From NCBI GenBank assembly GCA_000320545.1, contig ADNK01000503.1, positions 186,001 through 250,000 of the forward strand: DNA of 64,000 nucleotides. Direction: 5' to 3'. Below are positions 13,628 to 26,409 of the stretch, piece after piece. Every line of letters begins with the position of its first letter. The first letter of the stretch is position 1. The position numbers and the translations under genes were made by a program. The DNA is from Bigelowiella natans CCMP2755. Lineage: Eukaryota > Protista > Cercozoa. The notes under the pieces are model-generated. The model did not search any database. It was not told the DNA's origin and saw only the letters and a list, made by a program, of their open reading frames with translations.

Positions 13628-15061
13628 TTATGTGGTACCAATGCATGATTCCAGATCGGAATTGTCGAACTTGAGGGGCGGAAGGCTAACTCGTGCTTGC
13701 CTACTGGTTTGCATAGCATCACTGCAAACTTCGTTTCTCCAACAGCACTGAAGACAGGGACGAGTACCGTTACACCGCACTTTTCGGATACGGCAGGAAT
13801 GGCAAGCCATTCCATTAGGAAGCCTCTTTGTCACCTGGCGTGGTCGTTTGAGCTTCGCAAAGGCCGTAAGGGGTACCATCATGAAATTTGATGGAGGTTC
13901 GATCCTGCGCACACGTGGTGGTAGCCGCTGCAGACGTTCATGCTTAAGGGCAAGGAAACGAGTAAAGATGCTCATTTGGTTGTCGCCATGTACATCATAC
14001 CGATCATCGGCAGTGCTTCTATCTTCTCTATCCTTTTTGTCATTTCCAACCATGTTATCCTTAGACTGAGGTTCATCTAATAATATTCCCGTTTTCTTCT
14101 GCTCAAGCTTCCATTTTTCTGCACGACGTCGTCGCGACGCCATATTGAACTTAGGGCAGATATTCGACAACTTAATCCGGCGCCGCTTCACGGTTTTCGG
14201 CTGTGAGTAACTCGTGTAAAGGGGTAAAATGTGCCCGTTCTTTTCTTCTTTCTGCTGAAGATATTCCCTTAAATCACGTTTAGATAGTTGTGGGATATGA
14301 CGTGATTCAGATGTCATAAGATTGCCTCTTGTAAATGAGAACTCTTCCCCTGTAGTAGAAGGCAGTACGCGGGGTGTCTGTGATTCTTGAAAGTATTCTT
14401 GCTTGCGCACTAAGTGAGTAGGGATACTAGCCTCAAAGATTCTTTCTTGGACATGATCAATCCCATCGACACTGTGCCGCCATTCCTATCACAATAATGA
14501 ATCGATCACCCAACGCATAGCAAAGAATGGACTTGTCTACACCTTCTTTCCCGATCTAGCTCTGCGATGAGGAATCTGTTCACGCTGCTGATGACGATAT
14601 TGTGCCTCCCATGGTGTCATTCTTGTTTTGTCGGTACTACTTAGATGATGGTATGGGGAAGAGGAAATCCTAGATATAAGTGGAGGTACGTTCGCGGCCA
14701 TCCATTCGACTCTTTTGGATTGATCGGAATCTTCCGTCTTCCTCTTGCTTCTGATTTGTTCGACCTGATCTCCCATCATAGAATCCGAGATAGCCTCTTG
14801 CACTTGCTTTCGACGACGATATTCCCGGAAAATATGGTGGCGTTCGTGATGATTCATCTGGTAGTAGTCATCGCCTTTGTTTGAAAAGCCCAATCCAATG
14901 GGCAGATTCTCTTCGACAGTCACAGAAGGCCGTCTATGTAAAGGTGACTGAGAAGGCAGGGTTTTGTCTCTCGGGCTTTGACATTGGGAAGACTCCAAAC
15001 GGGCACACTTTTTGGGCCTTCTTAGGTTGACGGCACTTTTGCTGAAGATGTCTTCCTCCAT
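13628..15061 (-). CDS. Zn(II)2Cys6 (GAL4-type) binuclear cluster protein, possibly 3'-truncated
   Basis: ACHSCRIRKVRCNGTRPCLQCCWRNEVC in ORF 13628-14410. It joins ORF 14537-15061 via a short intron (about 14542-14487). Confidence 0.8.
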
Positions 15062-15796
15062 TCAAGCGGTGGGATTTATCAGTCGTGCGAATTTCCTTTT
15101 TGGATCAACATTATTTAAAAATCAACCCAAGTCTCCTCTAGTCGTCCCTATCGACCTGCGAGAGAACGCAGTTGATTGCTTTCCCAATGCAGCGTTTGGG
15201 GGAGTCCGTATGTTGCCAATACCACCAACGAGTGCTTGTACCTCCGTTTTTCATGCGCGTCAAGACAAAATGCTGAGACTTTGACAAATATCGATGGGAT
15301 TCATGTCATCCAATCTACGAAGACAAAGAGTTCCCACAGCGTAAACGGTATCACGTGCAGACAGGACTAACAACACAAACACAGGTAATTTGAACGCTTA
15401 AAAAGCAGAAAATCATTGGCGCACGCAAATTAGTGCATCCATCAGCATTTGTGATACCCCCGAAAAGACTACGACGGAAACAGCCAGATGCTCTTCTCCT
15501 GACTCCAGAGAATTCCCGGAGATTATCTTGATTTTGTGCTTGAACCTCCTGACAATTTTTATTGTAGAAGTGATACGACATGCTTTTCTATTTGTAAACA
15601 TTTGGCAAACTAAAGTCCATTTTACAGTCGAAATCGCCTGCATTCTGACATTCTCCAAACTGTCCTGTCACCCGAAAGAAGGAACTTTCCGTTCTCGTCA
15701 CAAAGGAGGAAGGGGAGGGCTCTTGCGATGGGAACAAACGCCTCGTGTCCCGATACTACTTTTAACTTTGCACGTTCGAACTTAAGGAGGTTCAAA

Positions 15797-16542
15797 ATGT
15801 CCCTACCTGCAAAAAGAGGGCGCCGAAGTGAGGATACATTGAAGCTTTTGGTTGAAAAGGTTGACGAACTTAACCAGAAGAATCAGCGCTTCCCGAACGT
15901 GAGGACTGGGGAGGTAAGTAGAGTATCAATCGGAAAAGGAATGCTAACATCGACTTGATTAGTTATGGTTTTCTTCATAATCTCAAATATTCTGCACGTC
16001 ATCACAGCCAAGTATATATTTCTCCTTAGATTCTCCAGTTCAGCGTCGTGTCAGTACCACGACATTTCTGCTTGGCTTCGAAAGACAACTTTTGTACAAA
16101 TGAGTCAAAAAAGGGCCTATGTCATCCTATTAGAGGTGCTATATGGGGAAATAACAGCAACTTTGCGAAAAAAAATGAAAGAACACTTGTGTGCTCCGCC
16201 CAGCACATCTTAACGGCATCTTCCAAGTTGCCTCCAACCTACGTCGGAAGGTTGTAATAGTGTAGCATAAAATATGTTACTAGCAATTAAAAATACTCAT
16301 CTCTTATGAGATATTTTTTGAAAACGCATAAAGGTACTCTACGGTGTTCTGCGATGAGTGTAAACGCATGGGTATCGAGAATGACAAAAAGGCATTTTGG
16401 CACTGTGCAATGTGCGAGTATGATTGTTGCGGAAAATGCTCCGAATCAAAAGGTAGAAGAGACTGGGGGAGGACAGTGAGGGGGGAGAATGGAAAGATAG
16501 GAAGGACAAATGTGTGTATATATGAGTGGAGGGGAAGGGGAG

Positions 16543-16612
<70 letters not shown>

Positions 16613-17234
16613 CGGTTTTATCACTAATTGTTCGAATTTGTCGCTCTTTGTCAGTATTTCGGATTCTACTGGAGATTCGTCGTAATTACAGCAACGGAAT
16701 CAAAACGAACCAGAATTCAGAATATACTGCAGCCACTAAATTTCAGATTTTGAAGGCTAATGAATTCGGAGAGCTCTACGAAGAGATTACTAACGGGTAT
16801 CTTCTAACAACAACACATTCATAAAATGTGGTGAGGCATATCTGATGATTTTTTGCTGCTCTGATTGCGGATGTGAAATAATATAATTTGCAGGTGTGAT
16901 GTGCTCTCTCATTCTGCAATCAAGAAGATAGTACTTCGGCAAAGTCGTCGTCGTCGTCGTCGACGTGATCTTCTGTGTGTTCATTCCTCATCGAACCTGT
17001 CACCAACTACCATCACGACGACAAGAGGAGGAGTAGGAGGAAGAGGAGGAGGAGGAGGAGGAGGAGGAGACAAATCTTTCGAATCTAAACATAAAGAGGT
17101 AGGAAGAATAGGGGGAGAAGGCATCGATAGAGCCAGAGAGGGGGGAGTAGTTCTTAGGATCATGAAGCAGCAGGTCTGAAGTAGCGACTCAGTGCATTAT
17201 CACCATCATCCTGCATAATAATAATATGCCATCG

Positions 17235-17275
<41 letters not shown>

Positions 17276-18175
17276 TATCTTGGCATGTATGATTGTCTTG
17301 ATGATATACAAAGTATTCTCTCACGCACCATAGGAATCAACAACACGCGAAGAAAAAGAAGAGGCAGGGAAAGAGCAGCTGCCGGAGGAGGAGGAGAAGG
17401 AGATGTCATCGCCATCGCTGTGCCAAATATGCTTTGATGATTCGGTGAACGTAGTGCTGACATGCGGTCATGAATTCTGCGAAGATTGCCTGAATGACTG
17501 GACAAAGAAAAGAAATCGAGAGTCAGTGTGCCCAATGTGCCGAGAGCCATTGCACGACGGCGTCGATGATGATGATGATGATGACACAAAGAGGAATAAA
17601 AAGAAGCGGAAATGGACGTCAGAAGTAGGATGGGTGCTAGCGTCAGAGGATGATGAAATGATAAAGCTTGCTGCCTTGGCCTTGGCGAAAATATGGGATA
17701 AAGTGCTTCATTCGAACAAAGAAGTCGTCCCAGGTGCTTACTTGAGAACCTCTTGTTCCTCCTCATCTACTACTGCTACTAATAATGATAATTATAATAA
17801 CAATGTAGCTACTACATCCTTCTCCTACTGCTGCTGTTAATACTTGCCTACCTAAATGCTAATGCTTGCCACTACAAATGCTGCTTTAAAAGGAAGTAGT
17901 AGCAGTAGTAGTCGTACTCTAATTAGCAGCCTCTGAATAATAACATTTATTGTTTTCCTCTGCTATGATACTGCCCTGTTTTCTACCGTTCATTCTTGCT
18001 TGCAAAGTCATCTATTCACCAGTATAATTATTCACCTGATCTGTCCTACAATTATCTCTTTTTAGCTTCCGCGATTTCAGTGTTCGGAGAGAGTATGACA
18101 ATCATAACAGCGGGGAACGTGGACGAAGTCTGCAGGAGAATATCTGTCACGAGATTGAATTCTATCTTTACGTAG
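15797..18175 (+). CDS. RNF141/AIRP2-like C3HC4 RING E3 ligase with an internal ZZ-type zinc finger
   Basis: RING CQICFDDSVNVVLTCGHEFCEDCLNDW...CPMC followed by WVL. N-terminal KVDELNQ and ILKANEFGELYEEIT resemble RNF141. The exon at about 16334-16451 encodes CDEC...WHCAMCEYDCCGKC. Confidence 0.75.
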
Positions 18176-18519
18176 TGAAAACAACAACAACAACAACAAA
18201 TGAATTGCTCTCATTATATTCTCGCCTCATCCACATACTACCGTCTATAAATCATCTTTGAATTAGAGAAGTGAAGATAGATCAAAGGATAGATCGTAAA
18301 ATGTAAGTCATATATTGTAGCTGTTCTTGTCATGACTATTAGTATTATTATTATCATTGTACTATGTTGATTTGTTTGAAATTGAAACCTATTCGCACAG
18401 ATATATTTTCAATCCTAACCAAAAATAATAAAATGTAAACTGTTCCTCAAAGAAGTAGTCTTCGATGATGGCATGGAGGCGAATGATAAATCGAAGTATT
18501 TTGCATGTGCATTCGCCTG

Positions 18520-18730
18520 TACCTTTATCATGCAGATTTTTGCTGACAGTCAGCTAACATGCAATGCTATAGCTACGATCTAGCGATGCGCTTAGATGCA
18601 TACAAGTGCAAGAATCCAAAGCAAAGCTAGAAAGTGCAGCGCTTTGAGAGCTCTAGAGCTGCTAGAGCGGGCCAGCTAGCCAGCAATATCTAGACATTGC
18701 ATGTCGTCATTGCAGGCTCTAACTAACAGG
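18520..18730. other. CTAG/TGCA-rich degenerate intergenic island between convergent genes
   Basis: Clustered CTAG and TGCA words, with partial loss of TAT/TAC. Confidence 0.5.
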
Positions 18731-18960
18731 CAATGTTGTTGCTTGTTGTTGGTATCACGTGGCTGCCACAATTACCGAATGTGGAAGGAAAAACCTCTTA
18801 TCAGTAGAATTGGTCTTTGATTCTTATCAATTCCAACGTAACATCATTTTCGGATTTGCGATATCGAAACTAAACCAAATAATGGGATACAATTCTTGCA
18901 CATATATATGTTATCGTTCCATGCAGTAGCAGTTTCTTCCTGACGAAGCACAAGCCTACT

Positions 18961-20755
18961 CTACTCCTTTGATGCTGGGACATGAATCTCTCTTCCCCAT
19001 TTTTCCACATTAGTCCAATTGTCAAATGTTCGAGGTGGAAGAACTGCCACAGAAGTAACCTCCGATTTTCGTGGTTCGCTAATATCAGCTCTAATTTGGT
19101 TGTAGCGGATGCGAACGACGTCCCCAAATCTGATTACCATCATATCAGAGAATCAAAAGTTACGTTGATATCTGTGCGCTTTTATGTGTGTCATGTGTAA
19201 CATATATTTACATGAAGTCATATATAACTTATGTATCTAACAACGCAACTCTCTCCATAAATACAGACTGCTTTTTGTGTAATTATCGGTGATATGTGTT
19301 ATACATCTATGTTGTCGTCGTCGTCGATATGTTTGCTTCATTTATGAAAAAGAGGAAGTAAATATCAAACTTGTATATTATTCGATATGCAGGGATTAGC
19401 AGGTATACAGATGACCCTGAGACAAATTCTTCCGCACTGATTTTCCCATCACCATCATGATCGAGACGGCTGACAAGTAGCGCAACGGTCTTTTCATCCT
19501 CAGGATTAGGAAGGGACTCCAACGCATACTTCAACAGCACTTCAGCATTTGTCTGCGCCAGTAAATGAATACATTACCGTTTTTATAGTAATTAATAATT
19601 ATACTAATTGCACCATAATTCTAATACTATGATGATGATCATTCCTCTCGTCATTGCTTTCGTCATTGTCGTCGTCTCTCAAGATATAAAATACTTAACC
19701 CTCTTATTGTTGTTCACCTCTGAATCCTCTCTGATACCGAAAACTTCGCGTACGTTTGCTTTTGGAAGTTCTTCGTTGAGTCTGATATGATGGTGGAGAT
19801 GACGATAATGGTAGTGGTGGTGATGATGATGATGATATTGCCGGAGCAATAGCTCAAGTGAGTGCATGGTTGAACACCAAAGTATATGGACGATGGAAAA
19901 CATGGGAAAGAAAGAAAATGAAGAAGAGGAGGCGTAAATAAATCTCCTTTATTTTATTCCCTCCATTGGTGCAACACCTTCCAACAAAATCTTCCAGCAA
20001 ATTTGTGATTTCGTCAATATCCAAATATCCGTTCTTGTCCACGTCATAGGTTTCAAACATAGAATGTAAATCCTAATTAAGTGGTAATGGTAGACAGGTA
20101 TCACACAAATGTTGGCCAATAAGGAGGGGGGGGAGGGGGAATGGTGGAGGAGATATCCTACTCTCCGCCTTCTTCTTCTAGCTCTTCTTTCACTTACTAC
20201 TACTAGAGTAGTCGTAGTACTTACTACCTGGTAGGTTAGCTTGACGAGCTCTGTGATTGTTCTCTCTGCGAATGGATTGCTTTGGAAATCGTCTGCCTCT
20301 CCTGTAAACGTGATGCATATAAGAAGATGTAACCAAAAAACATGCACGTATTGTCGAGTTAATCAACATGATCATTATTTACATTCCTATGCAGCTGCAG
20401 GAGGAGCAGCTGCAGGAGCAGTAGCAGCAGCAGCCACACATCCTCCCCCTCCCCTACATACGCGCGCACGCACCGCTTCTACCACGATTTACTACTATTA
20501 TTGCCTCACCGAAGTCCGCAAATCCGAAAGCAAATTCGTCCAGTGAGTCAAGTACACGCCAAGGACCCTCAGAAAGAAGACGACTATACCTATTATTATT
20601 ATTGCCATCGTGTCATCGTTATCATCATCATCATCATCATCATCATTATCATCATCATCACGAACAAACGCTAACATAACATGAATGAGCTAGTAGATAC
20701 CACGATGACCAGCTGAATTTTGTGCTTGTGATGCGAGGCATATCAATGATACAGA

Positions 20756-20797
<42 letters not shown>

Positions 20798-21261
20798 TGT
20801 GTGTGTGTGTGTGTGTGTGTTGTATAACGATACATGCGCCAGCAGCCCATTGTTCGAAGGGTAGTAGATCGACATCATGCGAATCTTCATATCGTATATT
20901 AAAGCAGTAACAATACCAAGCTTGCACTTTCCCTGGAAAGCTCCGCATCTTCTTCACCTCTTTCGCACCGAAAGCTGCCTCCATAAACTAATATTTGTTG
21001 AATCGTATATAATTATTAATGATCCTATGCCTGGGAGAGTGAGAGGGTGAATACTCAGTATGCGTGTGAACTCTGGCACTTACTTACGAGTGATGTGGTA
21101 GTCAGTCACTCAAGTCATAATTCATGCATTTGTTCTCTCACCATGACTATGATGGCTTACATAAAGTAAAGATTCTGTGTCACTATAAAACCCCTCCTCC
21201 TCCTAAGAATCTTGGTGTCGTAGGTGTTCGTTGTCGTCGTCAGTCGTAAGTCAGAAAAATG

Positions 21262-21294
<33 letters not shown>

Positions 21295-21599
21295 AGTAGT
21301 AGTAGTGAAGTCACACACAGGGAGAACGTCCCTTTGAGACAACGCTTGCTGTGCTAGAGGCTGCAGAGTTTCCTATCACATGATGATGATGATGAGCGCG
21401 TATTATGTGTCAAAGCAATATAAGCAAACAATGGTAGAATGATAGTAATTATAATGCATGTAGCAACGACAGCAACCACAGCCACCCAACTACCACTAAA
21501 ATGATTACGGGATAATATATAGCTACCCCACAAGGGCTGCTGCTGTTGAGTTCTAACATAAAGAGACTGCATCAAAACATAAACTAGTGTTTACTACTT

Positions 21600-21632
<33 letters not shown>

Positions 21633-23603
21633 TTCTCAGTAGGCGATATCATCATTACGAAGGCTTATTTACTACTACTACTACTACTATTCCTAATACT
21701 ACTACCATATAGCTTACCTTAAGGGGGTCTTTGATTTTAATAGGAGCACCAAAATCATCCACTCCAGCCATGTATCGAATCCATCCTTGCAATAGCCGAT
21801 CATCGATGGGAAGAACCAAGTTTGTGAAATAAGGCGAAAATAATGGTGAGCAGGAGAAGTATAGACTCCAACAAAAGCGCAGTAAGTAGCACCAGTAGGG
21901 ACAGTCAGCAGCACAGCTACAGCGGCATGTATATGGATATCAGTGGAAGTAGTTGTTGCTGAATTTAGTCTCTCATGGATATCAGTAGAAGTAAGAAAGA
22001 AAGTAAACTACAGCAAGATGAAGTAGCTAAAATTTATGACGACGATGACGATGATGATGACGACGACACCACTAGCGAAAACAAATTAGAGTAGCGATAA
22101 GTAAATCTTCAACAATATCTATTATAACTAATTTCTACCAGCAACTGCTAAAGCTAGCATATGGGAGGCTTTTCCAGTCTTTGTCTTCTCTCTAATGACA
22201 GGAATCATCGTCGTCTGCAGTTTTGTAGACCCATCTTCGGCAAGTCTTTGCACTTGATCTTTGATGTTCGGATTCGAAAAACGCTCCATAAGGACTCCTT
22301 GATACCTTGAAGAAGAAGAAAAAGAAGAGAAGAAGGTAGTAATGTGGTAATAAGCTAAAATTAAGGACGTGTATGTGCATGTATGTATGTGTGTTACGTA
22401 TGTATGTGATACTAGTACCATGGTAAATCGACTCCGGGGACCTTAGGCACAGTTTGAGCTACCTCTGCAAGATACAGCTTTACGAAATCATGTACGTCCG
22501 GAGCAGCCAGGGCGTGATCGACTGAGTGATGTTTATGAGGATGGATGATAATAATGATGATGCTGGAGGAGGAAGATGAAAAGATAGTGATACTTATAAT
22601 TAACGAATATATAATAATAACGACTACTAACAAATACTTATTAAACAGAAAGTACAATAGCCTTTATTTCAGCTATAGTAGTGGTAAAAATAGTAGATTG
22701 TTCGCAGCAAACCCTGGATAAATAATCATGTAACTTGCAAAAACGTGGAAGAAGTATGATGACAAAGATCATCAGTAGAACAAACGGGGACTGAAGACAC
22801 CATGTGAGAGGAAAGGATTTAGTGTTTTACCATCACGATATCCGCAAAGATATGACAAATAAGACAGGGCAGAGTGAGCTCCATTCAACATGCGCACCTT
22901 TCATCAAAACAAAATTGTAACAGTACATCACTAAACGTCGTAATGACGAGAGAAAAAGGATTTAGGGTAAATACGACATATATCTAATCTAATCATAATG
23001 AGAAGGATTAGGAAGCAAGCTGCAACGATGTGACGGATGAATTTAATGGAATATCATATCATTATCATCATTATCATTATCATCGTTATGATATTAATCC
23101 GTGTCGGAGCAATACCATTGAACGATGAGATAGTGGAAAGATGATCATTATCAACGTCATTATCGTCTCATCCTCATCATATATCATAACATATGCATGC
23201 TATTGATACAGACCCTAATTTTATTATTGCTGCTACTATTAATAGTATCAGTACTTGTGTACCTTCATCTTTTCATAAGGCATGACGTCATCGACAACCA
23301 AAATACCATCAACAACTTCCCTATGAGTGGTAGTAGTAGCATTAGCAAAAAGAAAGCACCATTATCAAGATGCTGGCGTGCGATCAAACAGAATCAGGTA
23401 AGATCGAAGAAGGAATAAAGATGAGATGGACGCGAACGAACTACGTATTTTAGTGGTATTACCAGTACGGCCTTCCATTACAGAATTTGTCTTCTACTAC
23501 CCACTGTGCGAATTCTTCAGAAATAATCGGAGCTTCTGCTGTAGCAGTTTGCGGTGTAATTCGATCGACCTATGACGATGTGGTGGAAGATGATGAGGTC
23601 ACC

Positions 23604-23643
<40 letters not shown>

Positions 23644-24122
23644 AGGATAACTAATGGCGACGAGGAGGAGGGGGGAGGCCAACTTATCAATTCATGATAT
23701 TTGGTGTAAAGCATATTTATGTCTAGATACGATCTACTACTCATCCAAACGACGCACCATAGAATTCGGAAAGGTGACATTTTCACCTATCCATTCACGC
23801 AAGCTTGGGTCTAATAGCTCTGCAAACTGAGTCTAATGCCATGTGTTACATCGCATAACGTCATATCACACAAAACAATAATTATCATTATAATCTTTAA
23901 ACAAAATGCATTATTATTACTATTATTATTATTGTTATTGTTATGTGCGCACTCGTGCTGCCATGTTCAAAATGTACTACCACTGCGTTTTCAGTAACGT
24001 GTCCATTTCCAGGAAGGTTATCACAGCTCATGATCGTAATGGGGGGCATGCCTGTAAAATAAGCAATTATGGAGTAAGCATGTCTTCTTGGACCTTTTTA
24101 CTCTGCGATAACACTATAGTTT

Positions 24123-24176
<54 letters not shown>

Positions 24177-24893
24177 AGAGAGAGGGAGAAGAGTTATTAA
24201 TTCTTTCCATTAACCTGTATCTCTCCTTGTCTTCAGGGCCGAACAAATGAGTCTAATTGTAAGGTGTAGCAGGAAGATAATAGAGACAAAGAACGTGTCA
24301 GTCCATAGTATAATGATCGACGAAATAGGGACATATCTGCTGCTTCAGTTTTGCATAGAGCTCTTTGAAACATTAATTATTTGTTTAATAAGATGCTGTG
24401 TATCAAACCCGATTGCAGATTTGGGCTCCGAGATATTCTCGAGATCATGCTTGATCTCGGGATTATCAACCATTAAGTCACCGGTGTTCACATCGCAACA
24501 GTACCTTAGAACATACAACCACGTAACCATACATTTGAAGGTGGGGGAAAACTCATGATGATGATGATGATGATGAGGATGATGATAAATGTGATATCAC
24601 CCGAGGAAAAGATACAAATGATTCTTACATACACGCATGAGAGTAAAAGCAGCTTTCTGTACTACTGCTGCTGAACTATTACCAAGGCAGAGGTGTATTG
24701 TGTATTGAATATTACCCCTTTTCAGTGATTGTTAATGAGCAGATTCGAGTAGTGGGAAGACATAATTGCTTTACGGCCGCCACAGGATCCTCGCCCTATC
24801 GATGTTGTTGAAGAGGAGGGTTTAACTATTTGAAAGTCTTTACATCACCTCTTCTGAAAGATTATTAAGCTTTCGAAAAAGCATAAACACACG

Positions 24894-24968
<75 letters not shown>

Positions 24969-25640
24969 TGTACAGGGAAATAACTATTTCCCGTTCGATA
25001 CAGATTTGATAGTCCTTGTCTCATGATAAAACGATCAAATATTTGGTTTCACTCGCATCGTCTCATGCACAATGTAGGGCACCATTTTTGGTTGATAAGC
25101 ATCAGTGTATTATTTTACCATGTTAACCAAATTTCGAATAGAAGAGATATGCAATTCATTCTTCGAGTCGCTTGACTTTGTGATAAGATCGTAAGTGAAA
25201 TCAGATTTCTTCAGGAACCTGATCAAGATACGGTTAGGGAGACATTAAAATAGTATATCTAGTTTGAGCTCAACAAGTCAAATAAGAACTTATTTTCCTA
25301 GCAGCTATTGACTAACTCTTGTGTTTCTCGTGTCCTTGGATTGTCGCGGTCAACCGCACAGATTCCCCATTCGCTCGGGCCAAGTTTCTCTATGTGTGGA
25401 ATATGATGATGATGATGGTGATGATGATGGAACTCAAAATAATGATGAGGAGAAGAGAGAGAAGTAGGACGATAGAGATGACGATATTCAACTTTATCCT
25501 GTCTAAGGGTGTATGAATATTCAACCATTATAATTATGGGTGAAATAAGCAAGATGTGCTTTGGAGAAGTTGCCCAGTCCAATGTGTACAATAGCCTGTC
25601 CGAGCATTGGACCCATACTCTTTCTTGAAGCAGAAGCCAT
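18961..25640 (-). CDS. Mannitol 2-dehydrogenase-type long-chain polyol dehydrogenase with two C-terminal EF-hands
   Basis: IVHIGLGNFSKAH, SLTITEKGY, IMSCDNLPGNG, FPNSMVDRITP, QWVVEDKF, YEKMKVRMLNGAH and RFSNPNIKDQVQRLAEDGSTK. In-frame exons then lead to DVDKNGYLDIDE and DHDGDGKISAEE. Stop TAG at 18961. Confidence 0.9.
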
Positions 25641-26409
25641 TGCAGAATATTTGAGAAGTAGAAGTCACTGTATAATTTCCTAAAGCGCGTGTGGGTACAT
25701 GCGAGGACAATGATACTATTAAACAAGGTTACACAACTTTGAAGGTGCTAAATTGAACAAACGAAAGACAGTTCGCAGTTACAAGTACTTATAGCGCCGG
25801 CAAATGCGAAAGCATTCACCACCCCTGTGTTTTATGGATTCTCCGTTCCCACCCCTACCTCCTTGTAGATACTCTTCTCAAACTTGGGTATTCGTTCGAG
25901 TAATATTAAGGAAGGAGTGTGAAACCCGAGAAGGAAGCTTGGAGCACTTTTTGCGAAACGCCTCACGGATTTTGTCTACGACATAGAATTACACTCATTC
26001 TGCTTAGAAACTGGTCTCTAAACGGACCGGTTTCTGACAGTATGTTGTGCTCACATTACATAACTCAAGCACTCAAGCTGATCTCCTAGACATCTGTTAT
26101 TTTTGGAGCCAAAATCCCAAATTTTGTGATTGACTCAAACATTGTATTCCCTTATGCGACAATACTTAAATGATGTCGCTAATGGAAATATTACATGATT
26201 AGTGACCATTTTCCTGTTTTTCGATTCAAAGCCATACCAAAGTTAAGTGACAAATACTCGAATGATGAATTTCGAAAGTGATTTTTGACTCGTTGATGAA
26301 ATGAAATGAAATTCCTCACGAAGTCCAGTCTCACAACATTTTCTCAGAGTTTTTTTCATATCGGACCCGCATTCTTTCTCATTTCTCATTTTCTCCAGCG
26401 GGAATGATA

